NCBI GenBank assembly: GCA_030167865.1
Contig: JALAGF010000397.1
Coordinates: 1 to 34,945, forward strand
Direction of reading: 5' to 3'
DNA from: Craspedostauros australis
Taxonomy: Eukaryota
Length of the DNA stretch: 34,945 bases
Shown in pieces: positions 20,520-29,744 of the stretch; positions within the stretch are counted from its first letter, which is position 1; each line of letters starts with the position of its first letter. A program made the position numbers and the translations under genes. The notes beneath the pieces were generated by a model that worked only from the letters and a program-made list of their open reading frames with translations, ran no database searches and was not told where the DNA came from.

Positions 20520-23500
20520 TCAGTCAGGCGAAAAAGGTGGTGTACTGCGGCGGGATGGCGACCTGGTGGCCTCGGAAGGGTGCGAGGGCACAGCTCGGTG
20601 GCCGCACGTGCTGCGCTGGTGGTTGCGCATCCAGTTGGAAAGGACCGGGGAGATAGGTGGTGCCGAGTCGCCAAGACCTGATGTGATGGACTGAATCCAG
20701 AGTATGAGCGGGGAGTGTGGCTGGGCCGCCGGGGGCAGCCTCCAGAGCGCACGCAGGACGGCGGGGACTCGATGCTCCGGGACCTCTTTCAGTAGCTGCA
20801 GCTGCTGGTACAGGAGAGCGGTCATCTCCAGGGAGTGGCCGGATGCTTTGGCCTCGTTGCGGCTACCCCACTGCTCCAGCACGGCGTGCCAAAGGACGTT
20901 GGTGACGCTGACCTGCCAGTCCCGGAGGAGCTTGGGGGCTCGTCGGCGTCGGCTCTGCGGCATGGGGGGCGCGAGGGTGCCCCATTCCGATGCCCATCCA
21001 CCCCACACAATGGCCTCCCACCCCACCTGGTGTTGGCGGAGCTGAAGGGCCTGGGTGGAAGATCGCCTGATGCCCGACGGAGGAAGGCCGCCTGTCGAGA
21101 TCCGTGTGAGCGCCGTGCAGAGGAGCTGGGCGATGTGGGGAGGCGTGGTTGGCGGTCGCACGATTGACCGCACTTTAGCAATGGCCCTGGCCCATATGGC
21201 TTGGCTGTCCTTGCTGCGGCACACCAGGATGTGGCCATTGTCTTCGGCCGCACCACACCTGGGGCACGCATCGGAGACGTCTTGCTGTCGCCGCTGCATA
21301 TTCCTCCCACTGGCGCTGGTGCCGGACATCAGCTTTATCAACGTCCGACGTTTGCCGCCGCTCCATTTCTTTGAAACCACAGTCATGGGTCTCCAGTCGA
21401 CGTCGGAGGGACGTGACGTACCCCATCTGCTGCACCACTTTTGCTGAATGTTATCCCCACGGAGCCGCGAGGAGAGAGTCCAGTACGCCGTGTCAGAGAC
21501 TGGTGCAGCACCGGCTTGGAGGGTCCAACCCTGGGTTTGGGCCGGGCCGCTAATGTGCCGCAGGGTGGTCTGGGCTGATACTTGCTCCCAGTAGTGGCCA
21601 GCAGCGGCGTCAGCGGTGACGTTCATCTCCTCCCACGCCGTGAGTTCCCGGCCTTCGTTGTCGGCGTGGCCCTGCACCTCCTGCTGACTGAACGTCAAGG
21701 GCGATGCTCGCACTTGTCGCACGATTTCGGACCATATGTCAAAGTCATGGCGTTGGGGCTCCGGCCACCGGCTGGCACTTACCGAGCTGAGGGCCCGGTT
21801 GTTGTCGCAGGCAACCGTCACTCGCCCCTGCACTCCCGCCCATTCTGCCACGGAGGTGGTGATCCATACGGACATGAGGACCCCCATGAGCTCAGCTCGG
21901 TTGGAGTCCGTTGGGTGTGAACCGGAGGGCACCGCCATTACGGCGACTATGCGATGGGAGCTGTTGGAGGGAAGGCTCTGCACGACGGTGGCGGCCGTGC
22001 CGATACAGTGCTTAGCGGATGCGTCGCTGCACGCTGCGCACTCGCCCGATACGATGGATCGCACTATCTGATGCACGTCGCCATAGATACGTATCTCTTC
22101 GACCATGTGGGAGGCGGCAGGTCCTTTGGAGCAGAGTATCTCCCGCAGGGTGGTTGGAGGGGAAGGGCTGCGGAAGTCTCCTGATGATATCGTAGTCGAT
22201 ACAGACCTGCGCACCACGCGGTCGACTACCTGCACCGGCATGGTGGTGGAGCGCGGGCGGCCGGCCCTCGTCGTGGTCTGCTGAATAGTGCCGTCCTCCA
22301 TCACTGCCGCGCGTCCTTCCGGGAGGGCCACCCATGGTCCCAGGCGCATGCGAACATGCCACCCTGGCCGATCAGGTGCTGACAAGGCTGATAGGACCGT
22401 TTCCCATGCCTCCCAGGCCGTGCGGGAGACCGAGCCGGTGGCTGGCCACGTGATGCTGCCCGCCGGTAGTCGCTCCCTCCGCAGAATGCTTGGTCGGATC
22501 TTGTCGCCCTTCGCGTTCGCGATGTCGGACATCCACATGGCGCGGAGGTGGATCCTGGCCACGTTGGCAGACGCCAGGGTATTGGGAGGAACTCCTGCTG
22601 CGATGGCCTGGTGCATGATGGCCGCATCACCTTCCCGGGGTGGGGCCCAGTGGTCGCCCAACAGCGTCATGGTGATGCCCAGATCCGAGGCCGACGAGAA
22701 GGTGTGTTGCCACCAGGTGGTGTTGGTCCATTGGCGCCAGATGGCTTCATGCTTCTGGAGGTGCCCAGGCAGGCCGGTCCACAACGTGAGGTGCTGGAAG
22801 GAGGCACGGAGCAGACGGCCGGTGGCTGTGGGTTGCTCGAAATGTCGCATGATTAGGGAGAGGTGGGAGGCGGTCTGCACCACGTGTAAATGCCGAACAC
22901 CCAGGCCCATGAAGCACTTGGGGCCGTGGACATACTCTCTCGCTATGGTGCGAGCTATCCCCATGGCTGGGAGCGCGGCAACGAGAGCCTTGCTCATCAC
23001 TTGGTGCCACTGTTGTCGGGACATGGTTGTGGCTGGCGCCGAGTACTCCAGGGATGGCCACAGGACGGCTGTCATGGCGATCTCCGCATCCTGCTTGCTG
23101 ATTCGTGACGTGCGCACGCTCTCGGACCATGTTTGCGCCTTCTCGACGAGGTAGGAGGTGTGCTCCGTCATACGGCCATCACGACGGGTCATCATCCCTA
23201 GGTATTTCGACGCCGTCCTGGGGCTGACCACTGTCAGGCGAATGCGTTCGCCGGATGGGGAGTTCATGCTGATGCCTTCCCTCGGTTGGCTGATGTGGTA
23301 CGCCCACCTGTGGCGCTTCCACTGGAACCGCACAAGTTGCCAAAAGCTTTTGGTGGGTTCCAGGGCACCTCCCGTCGCGGTCAGCAGATTGTCCCAGCGA
23401 TCCACGGCACGTTGAAATACTTGGGACTGCGTGTCTGGGGAGGCCGGCTCCAAGCTTTGCATTATGTTCGCGTCGTCCACGTACGCCGTCCCTACCAGGG

Positions 23501-26132
23501 TGTGCTCCTCTTGCGTGACCGGGTTCGGCAATCGGAGGCCGTGGCCTTCATGACGCATGCTGTCGAGGATGGCGGAGCTGATGAGAAGCCATCCTGTAGG
23601 TGCAGATCCTAGGCCTTGTACGAGTCCCTGGAGGTAGTTGTGTCGTTGCTTGCCGCTGTACGACGAGCGGGAGGTGCCAGTGGAGGTGCGTATGCGATGG
23701 GTCATTGACTGCAGTGTTCGGAGTGTGCTGGTGATGGGCCCCTTGGGAGCGCCTTGCCTTTGAAGCGCCAAGCTGAACACTGAGTGGGAGATCCTGTCGT
23801 AGCAGCCCTTTGCGTCATTGGAGCAGATGGCGTATGGCTTTCCTGTCAATCTGGCGATGTCATCAATGAGGACCGTGTTGACCAGCACTTCTTGTGCAGT
23901 GTGGGCCCTCCGGCTTCCGAACTGTTCTGCTGCGATGGTGTTGTTGGATTCGGCGTGGGACCGTGCCTGCTTTCCGAGCAGCCGGTTATTCATATTAAAA
24001 TCTCCTTCCATCAGCCCTATTGTTCTGGTCTTGGTCACGGCAAGGTTACCTGGTTTCTTTCGCAGCTGGATGTTGACGCACTGCTGCCATCGTTTGAGAC
24101 TATACCCGGTGCGGTAGGGTATGCTCCGCATGATTGAGTCAATTGCGGCCAGATTTGGCACTGCGGCGTTGGCTTTCCAGCAGCCAAAGTGTATGCCGGA
24201 TGGGCCCGACGACGTGCTTTCCTTGATTTTCGCCCAGCCTGCGGTATGGTCGGCAGGGCTGATGTGGACGTGAGAGGCTGGCCATGGGGTGGCTTCGGTT
24301 GGTTGGCGCAGAGCTTGGAGCATGTCCTTGGTGCTGGACCGAACCTGGGAGGGCACTATCCCGTGCAGGATGGCTGTGGCCCCGGGCCGCGTGCCGAATC
24401 TTCCAAGGAGGCGCTGCAGCGGTGTTTGGCAGACCTCTGCTTGCCACGCCTGGCTGTACTTGTCGACGTTGTTGGCGCAGCAGGCTTGCGCGACTTCTTC
24501 TCCCGAGGTGAGGAGGCCGCCGCTACCGTTGGGGCCGTCATCGATGACTATCGATACCTGAGCGTCGGAGCCGTTGGCGTGGAGGGTCCAGCGAATGCGT
24601 CGGTAGGTCGCTTTGGTCTCCTCGCGTTGAAGGATCTGAGCCCGGTATTTCGCTGAGTCTTTGCCGGCCATTTCGACCTCTGCCTCGTCCGCGGAAAGGA
24701 AGGATCGCCTGTGTTGTTCAGCGTGCCGCTTCTCTTGGTTGTACCGTTTCCATGACTCGTTGCGGCGTTTGTACATTTCGGCCGTCGTCATGTCCTTGGT
24801 GCGTAGGGTAACGCCGCCTTTCTTCTTTGCTTTGTCAGTGGTGCGGCCTTTGATGTGGTGCCCTTTCCGTCGCTTGATGCTGAGCGTCCAGAACCGATGC
24901 TCCCAGTGTAGTTTGGACACCACGGGCGAAAACGGCACGTGACCTGCTCGAATTCTGCGGCACTTGAGCTCAGCATTGATCATGGCGGTGGTTCTGTCTT
25001 TGTCAATTTGTTCGAGGGCACGCATTTGTGCTTGCGTGATGCTGTCGCCGTTGATGCTCTGGTCTAGTAGCTGCGCTCGCTGGAGGAGGTGTAGCTGCTC
25101 TGCTTGTGCTTCGTAAGCATGGATATATCGTCGTACCGTGGACGGCTGATTGAGCTGGAGGCGTCGTCCAGTGAAGGGCGTGGTGGGTTGTTTGGTGGAT
25201 CCAAACAGGCTGTCTGAGTCGATATCCATCCACACTGGCCGATGATCCCAGTCGGCGTAGGGGGCCAGGCCAAGTTGTGTGGGAAGTATGTCCGGCGTGG
25301 CCCATATGGCATCGATGGGTGTGCTGCTGCGGTTGCGGATCATTGTCGCATAGGGTGTATTGATGCGGTCTGTGTGGTGCTCATGGAGCCCATTGGACTG
25401 CATCATGGCTGTGAACTTGGAGTTGCGAACGTCCATGTTGATGTCACCTCCGATGACGATGGTTTCTCCTGACTGCTTCCATGCCGCGATCTGAGTTTGG
25501 AGATCGTGTATGAGCAGGTCAATGGGATCCAGGGTGGACTTCCTTTGGGCGGCCTTCACCGCTTGCTGGTTGTACACTGTGCCTGCGGTCTGTGTGGACT
25601 TCGTGGGCACGTAGACCGAGGCAACTCTGACTTTGATGCCTTGCCGGCCTTGAAGCAGAATGCTGGACCATCTGCCGCACGCTTCGGGGTCGTTGCTACG
25701 CGTGAGCACTCTGCCTGAGATGTTCCCATGCACCAGTACTGCCGTGCCGCCCCATTGGCGAGGAGCTTTGGCGTCGGTTCTGAGGTGTGCCGTACTGGCT
25801 TTGGCTAGCCGCAGGTGCTTCTCAGCTCGTCGTACCAGGGTGGACTCAGTGGGGATTTGGCTCCAGTTTAGGCCGACTTCCGTCATGAGGAGTACGTCTA
25901 TGTCGTGTTGACGTATAGTCTGCCACAGGCTGTCGTTCTTGGGTTCTGAGGGGTGTAGGGGCAGTCCGCCTACGTTGAGGGCCGCGATCCTGACTTGAGT
26001 CGGTGCCTTCTTGTCAGGTCGCTGGCCGAGGTGTTGTTGCTGGGTGTTCGATTCATCCGATCTCGAGCCCCCGGGTATGGTGGGTCCGTTGGTGTCCGGG
26101 CTGGACTGTGCCCGTTCATGGCAGGCTAACAT
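20520..26132 (-). CDS. Retrotransposon ORF2 polyprotein (1870 aa): AP-like endonuclease, reverse transcriptase, RNase H, C-terminal CCHC zinc finger
   Basis: APE motifs LNVGG, MTEVG, GGDIN, IDAIW, WDHRPV. RT motifs RTIGL, EQFGSR, SNDAKGCYDRI, GLVQGLGSAP, YVDD (23472-23483), KYLGM. RNase H motifs ACSDAS, SNRAELMGV, VACDN, VQGHAD, NVTADAAA. Zinc finger CPRCGAAEDNGHILVC. Confidence 0.96.
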   Translation of the reverse strand: MLACHERAQSSPDTNGPTIPGGSRSDESNTQQQHLGQRPDKKAPTQVRIAALNVGGLPLHPSEPKNDSLWQTIRQHDIDVLLMTEVGLNWSQIPTESTLVRRAEKHLRLAKASTAHLRTDAKAPRQWGGTAVLVHGNISGRVLTRSNDPEACGRWSSILLQGRQGIKVRVASVYVPTKSTQTAGTVYNQQAVKAAQRKSTLDPIDLLIHDLQTQIAAWKQSGETIVIGGDINMDVRNSKFTAMMQSNGLHEHHTDRINTPYATMIRNRSSTPIDAIWATPDILPTQLGLAPYADWDHRPVWMDIDSDSLFGSTKQPTTPFTGRRLQLNQPSTVRRYIHAYEAQAEQLHLLQRAQLLDQSINGDSITQAQMRALEQIDKDRTTAMINAELKCRRIRAGHVPFSPVVSKLHWEHRFWTLSIKRRKGHHIKGRTTDKAKKKGGVTLRTKDMTTAEMYKRRNESWKRYNQEKRHAEQHRRSFLSADEAEVEMAGKDSAKYRAQILQREETKATYRRIRWTLHANGSDAQVSIVIDDGPNGSGGLLTSGEEVAQACCANNVDKYSQAWQAEVCQTPLQRLLGRFGTRPGATAILHGIVPSQVRSSTKDMLQALRQPTEATPWPASHVHISPADHTAGWAKIKESTSSGPSGIHFGCWKANAAVPNLAAIDSIMRSIPYRTGYSLKRWQQCVNIQLRKKPGNLAVTKTRTIGLMEGDFNMNNRLLGKQARSHAESNNTIAAEQFGSRRAHTAQEVLVNTVLIDDIARLTGKPYAICSNDAKGCYDRISHSVFSLALQRQGAPKGPITSTLRTLQSMTHRIRTSTGTSRSSYSGKQRHNYLQGLVQGLGSAPTGWLLISSAILDSMRHEGHGLRLPNPVTQEEHTLVGTAYVDDANIMQSLEPASPDTQSQVFQRAVDRWDNLLTATGGALEPTKSFWQLVRFQWKRHRWAYHISQPREGISMNSPSGERIRLTVVSPRTASKYLGMMTRRDGRMTEHTSYLVEKAQTWSESVRTSRISKQDAEIAMTAVLWPSLEYSAPATTMSRQQWHQVMSKALVAALPAMGIARTIAREYVHGPKCFMGLGVRHLHVVQTASHLSLIMRHFEQPTATGRLLRASFQHLTLWTGLPGHLQKHEAIWRQWTNTTWWQHTFSSASDLGITMTLLGDHWAPPREGDAAIMHQAIAAGVPPNTLASANVARIHLRAMWMSDIANAKGDKIRPSILRRERLPAGSITWPATGSVSRTAWEAWETVLSALSAPDRPGWHVRMRLGPWVALPEGRAAVMEDGTIQQTTTRAGRPRSTTMPVQVVDRVVRRSVSTTISSGDFRSPSPPTTLREILCSKGPAASHMVEEIRIYGDVHQIVRSIVSGECAACSDASAKHCIGTAATVVQSLPSNSSHRIVAVMAVPSGSHPTDSNRAELMGVLMSVWITTSVAEWAGVQGRVTVACDNNRALSSVSASRWPEPQRHDFDIWSEIVRQVRASPLTFSQQEVQGHADNEGRELTAWEEMNVTADAAAGHYWEQVSAQTTLRHISGPAQTQGWTLQAGAAPVSDTAYWTLSSRLRGDNIQQKWCSRWGTSRPSDVDWRPMTVVSKKWSGGKRRTLIKLMSGTSASGRNMQRRQQDVSDACPRCGAAEDNGHILVCRSKDSQAIWARAIAKVRSIVRPPTTPPHIAQLLCTALTRISTGGLPPSGIRRSSTQALQLRQHQVGWEAIVWGGWASEWGTLAPPMPQSRRRRAPKLLRDWQVSVTNVLWHAVLEQWGSRNEAKASGHSLEMTALLYQQLQLLKEVPEHRVPAVLRALWRLPPAAQPHSPLILWIQSITSGLGDSAPPISPVLSNWMRNHQRSTCGHRAVPSHPSEATRSPSRRSTPPFSPD

Positions 26133-28741
26133 GTTGGAGGTCCTCCATTGGGCTGCGGAGGGTCGCCATTGGGTTTGCCGAGTTCACGTCGGAGAGCCTG
26201 GACCTGTGCGAGGAGTTGCTGTTCCTTGGTCTGGGGCTGGCCATACCTGGAATCGTTGCCTGTCCTGAGTATGCTGCCTGTGTTGCTGGCGCTAGCGTGA
26301 TTGGCGTTTTGTGTTGTGTCTTCGCTGGGGGAAGCATGCGTCATGCCCAGTGGGGCGATGGTGTAGGCAGAGTCAATGGATCGGTTGGTGGCCACGGTCG
26401 AGTTGGGGTTGAAGATGCTCCTGTTGTCGAGCGCTGCTGGTCGGTGCGCGACTGGCATCACATCCGGTATGTTGGTGATGATGACACTGGCCGGGAACTC
26501 TTCATCGGCGATGTTCTCGAGGTAGTGAGTGTCCGGAGACGTGTAGTCGTTGGTTTCCGGGTCATGCGTGATGTTGAGGCTGGCCACCCATACTTCGGGG
26601 CTGAACCATCTCTCTGCTTTGGGCCCAACTTTGTGTCGTGCTATCGCCGGGAGTAGCCCCATGATGTGTTTTGCTTCCTCCAGGTATTCCGGAAAGGAGT
26701 GAGCCACGATCTGGTCGTCTGTGCCTCGCGCTCTGTCCACGCTGTGAAAGATTTTGTTCCCGGCACTGTCGGTTTCGCGGAGGATGAGCTTTCTGAGCGT
26801 TATGGACTGTCCGTGTTTGCTCTTGACTTTCTTGTCGAGGTGTTGCACTCCGTCGGCGTCCGAGTACTCTATGACAGAGAGGATGGCTTGATGTTTGGCC
26901 ACGATCCCTTCCCTGAACTCTGTCTTCTTGCGTGACATCTGTTCGTATTTCTTGTCTGGCAGAAATCTGAAGTTCATCGCGCCGGGTCTCTCTGTGCGTG
27001 AGTTGAATAGCCGGGCCACTTCTTCCACCGCTGCGTGCGCTTGTGTTCTCTCCACTTCAAGTTTCACCGCTCTCCACGGTTGTACTGACCAGTGGCGCTT
27101 GCCGTCCTTGAACTTGTCTCTGGTCTCGTCACTCACTTGGATGATGTTTTTGAGCTTCCCGCCGACTCGGATATCGCTGTTGAGTCGCCTGAGGCTTCTG
27201 TTGATCACGTCCACTGTGCTGTTGACGTCCGTGAATCCTCCGGAGTACAGTAAAAATCCGATTTCCTTCACCTCTTCTGCGTGTTGGAGTTGTGCTTCGT
27301 AGAGGCCTTCGTGCTCGTTGTAGTAATAGGCGTTGAGCTCTGAATTTCTGTCAGCTGTGATGTCAAAGGGGTTGTCTCTGGTGGTGATTCGGACTTTGGC
27401 GTATGTGATGCCTGTGGCTCCTGACGGTGCGCGTAGGCCGGGGAAGAATGTGCGGAGTTCGTCCATTCTCTCGGGGATTTGGCCTGTGTGCGCGATATGC
27501 GGACCTGTGTTGCCCGATTCTCGCCAAGGGAGGATGACTGCCGACGGGTCGATGCGCCGTACTTGTCTGAACCACCGCTTGATTCTGTCTCGTACCGCTG
27601 CTGTGGTGTCCTCCTCTGTCCTGTCCACGTTGAGTTTGATCGTGAATCTCGTGTCAAATGCGTGTCGTGGGGCCGCGATTTTGGTTTGGGAGGTGTTTGA
27701 CTCATCGTCGGAGCTCACTGACGCATCATCTTGGTTGGTTTTCTCTTTGTTGGCTGTACTGCGTCTGCTTCGGTTCCTTGTTACTCCGGAGTCTGCGGAA
27801 GTGTCCTGGCTCTGGCTGGATTCCGTGGACGTTGAGCCGTCGATGCTTTGTTGGCTGATGTTTCTTGGTTCGGTGGTGCTTTTGGGTGACTTGAATCTGG
27901 TACGCTTGGTGGGTTGGTTGCTGATGTACGAGTCGTCGCTGTCTGTGTCCATGAGTCCAGTGTTCACGCCTGCTGGCATGGTCGCCACTCCTGACCCCAC
28001 GCGATGATCGCCTTCCGCCGTTTCCGTTGTTGGCTTATTGTGTAGGGTGAGGTCCTCCATGCTGTCTCTGTTGATGCTGGGCTCGTCGGTGGGTGATGTG
28101 CCGAGGTCGTAGTTAGATCCCAGAACCCTGTTGGCTGCCTTCCATACTTTGACGGCTCTTGCGCTCTTGACTGTTCCATCGCTGTTGAGGTGGGCTTTGA
28201 ATACGACGTGGGGGTTGGTCGATGCCACGTTTACCACGAATTGGAGCAGTCTCAGTCTGGTTGGGTCCCTGTTTGGAAGGGTGACCGGCCCAAATGCCGT
28301 GACTCTGCCGTCGGCCAGATCGCGGAAGTAGTGCTCCCACTGCTTGATCGTTGGGTTCTCTCTGTCGGCTGTAGCTTCATCCCTGTTGTACCACACGGCT
28401 CTTGCTCTCCATGCTGCTTTCGCCGCGCGGTCGATGGATCCGTCGCCTGTGGCTCTCTCGTACGGGGTGATATCAAGCCCGGTTTTGTTGGCTGCTGTCT
28501 TGAAGGTGCTGGATCTGGGTTTGTATGTCACTGATACGTCTTCTGGGTCGTTCTCCTCCGCTCCTCCGTCGTATGGGATGGCTCTTTTTGCTTGGCGTCG
28601 GGCTCGGTGGTGGTTGCTTGCTTCTATGCTTCCCTGGGTCCCTGCCTTGTCGGGTTCCTTGGTGGGAAGCTTCAAAGTTGGCTCGTCATCTTGCTCCATC
28701 TCTTCGCGTTGGGTCGTGTTGGGTTCGTTGTTCGAAGTCAT
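26126..28741 (-). CDS. Retrotransposon ORF1 protein (871 aa)
   Basis: Uninterrupted ORF between the 5' TSD/UTR and ORF2, overlapping ORF2 by 7 nt. Low-complexity S/T/D linker, then a globular region (IDPSAVILPW...LQ...IGFLLYS). Confidence 0.9.
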   Translation of the reverse strand: MTSNNEPNTTQREEMEQDDEPTLKLPTKEPDKAGTQGSIEASNHHRARRQAKRAIPYDGGAEENDPEDVSVTYKPRSSTFKTAANKTGLDITPYERATGDGSIDRAAKAAWRARAVWYNRDEATADRENPTIKQWEHYFRDLADGRVTAFGPVTLPNRDPTRLRLLQFVVNVASTNPHVVFKAHLNSDGTVKSARAVKVWKAANRVLGSNYDLGTSPTDEPSINRDSMEDLTLHNKPTTETAEGDHRVGSGVATMPAGVNTGLMDTDSDDSYISNQPTKRTRFKSPKSTTEPRNISQQSIDGSTSTESSQSQDTSADSGVTRNRSRRSTANKEKTNQDDASVSSDDESNTSQTKIAAPRHAFDTRFTIKLNVDRTEEDTTAAVRDRIKRWFRQVRRIDPSAVILPWRESGNTGPHIAHTGQIPERMDELRTFFPGLRAPSGATGITYAKVRITTRDNPFDITADRNSELNAYYYNEHEGLYEAQLQHAEEVKEIGFLLYSGGFTDVNSTVDVINRSLRRLNSDIRVGGKLKNIIQVSDETRDKFKDGKRHWSVQPWRAVKLEVERTQAHAAVEEVARLFNSRTERPGAMNFRFLPDKKYEQMSRKKTEFREGIVAKHQAILSVIEYSDADGVQHLDKKVKSKHGQSITLRKLILRETDSAGNKIFHSVDRARGTDDQIVAHSFPEYLEEAKHIMGLLPAIARHKVGPKAERWFSPEVWVASLNITHDPETNDYTSPDTHYLENIADEEFPASVIITNIPDVMPVAHRPAALDNRSIFNPNSTVATNRSIDSAYTIAPLGMTHASPSEDTTQNANHASASNTGSILRTGNDSRYGQPQTKEQQLLAQVQALRRELGKPNGDPPQPNGGPPTC

Positions 28742-28827
28742 TTTGCTTTGCTGTTGTTTGTGTTGTACTAGGGGATTAATTAGTTTTTATTTTTTCGTTG
28801 TTTTGGTTTGTCGGAATTCCGAAACTA

Positions 28828-28845
28828 TCTCTCGGGATAATTCAT
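28828..28845 (+). repeat. Target-site duplication, right copy (TCTCTCGGGATAATTCAT)
   Basis: Identical to 20389-20406. Confidence 0.95.
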
Positions 28846-29744
28846 CGGTTGAAGCTGATCTGGTGGGGATCAGTGAGGGGCTGTTGGAACCGTGAGAGGT
28901 TCGACATTGCACGACAAAGCGAAGAGGTCAACCAAGTAGCAGAAAGCACAAACTGGTGAACGCACGAACTGACAAGAACGGCTCTCGGACAATTTTTCTT
29001 CCCGTCGTCAGGTCCCACGGCACCCGACTGAAACCGGCTGATCGTCAATCCCTCCATGAGGCGAAGTGGACTCGAGTTTGATATAATATAATAGATACTA
29101 GAGGCAAGTGCTTCCTGATCTTCCTCATAGAGAGAAACGCCGCAAGTATCGACTGCTGTGTTCTCCTTTCTCTCTCCAAGAAACTGTCCTCGCACAAGGG
29201 TAATCAAGAGCAGGCTGGGGCTCCTTTTCGCACCATCATGCCGAAGTGTTCGTTCAGCGATGATCGTGATCACGATCGTGACGAGATTGTGAGTTGCCTG
29301 ATGAGTCAGCAACCGCAGGCAAGAACAAGCACTCCACCACAGGCACTCAAGCCACCGAAGATGCAAGCGCAAACGTTCCTGTGGGCATGGATAGTTGTAG
29401 AGTACCAGTGTATGGGAGGCGTGATCCTCTCTACTCATACAGATAGACTGCACTCGTATCTTTGGGCAACCGTGACTGACTCAGTCAAGATGGTGACGCA
29501 TTTTGCGGATGTTCTCCGTCTTTGCTTCTGTGTTGGCGTTTGTGGTGGTAATGACCAACTCATCGCAACACAACCCAAAGTATCGAAACGCAACAACACC
29601 TGACCAAATCACCATGACGACAAGCATCAACGGCCCATCAAAGGCGCTCCACAGTCACAGCCAGTCACAGCCAAAGTTACGCTGAACTAATCGTGCTCTG
29701 ATCGTATTTGCAACAACGGAGATACATCCCACGAGATCGCAATC

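Larger units (their letters stand above)
20407..28827 (-). mobile_element. Full-length non-LTR retrotransposon (LINE), APE-RT-RNase H type, Ambal-like, 8421 bp
   Basis: Two long intact ORFs, an 86-nt A-rich 5' UTR, a ~110-nt 3' UTR ending in (TA)n and an exact 18-bp TSD on both sides; no LTRs. Two ORFs plus APE/RT/RNH matches the Ambal clade described from diatoms, but the clade call is inference. Confidence 0.93.

Noticed and set aside
20520-26132. RT as a group II intron, retron, DGR or LTR-element pol
   Set aside because: N-terminal APE domain, upstream ORF1, long TSD, simple-repeat tail and the absence of integrase, protease and LTRs all indicate a non-LTR retrotransposon.
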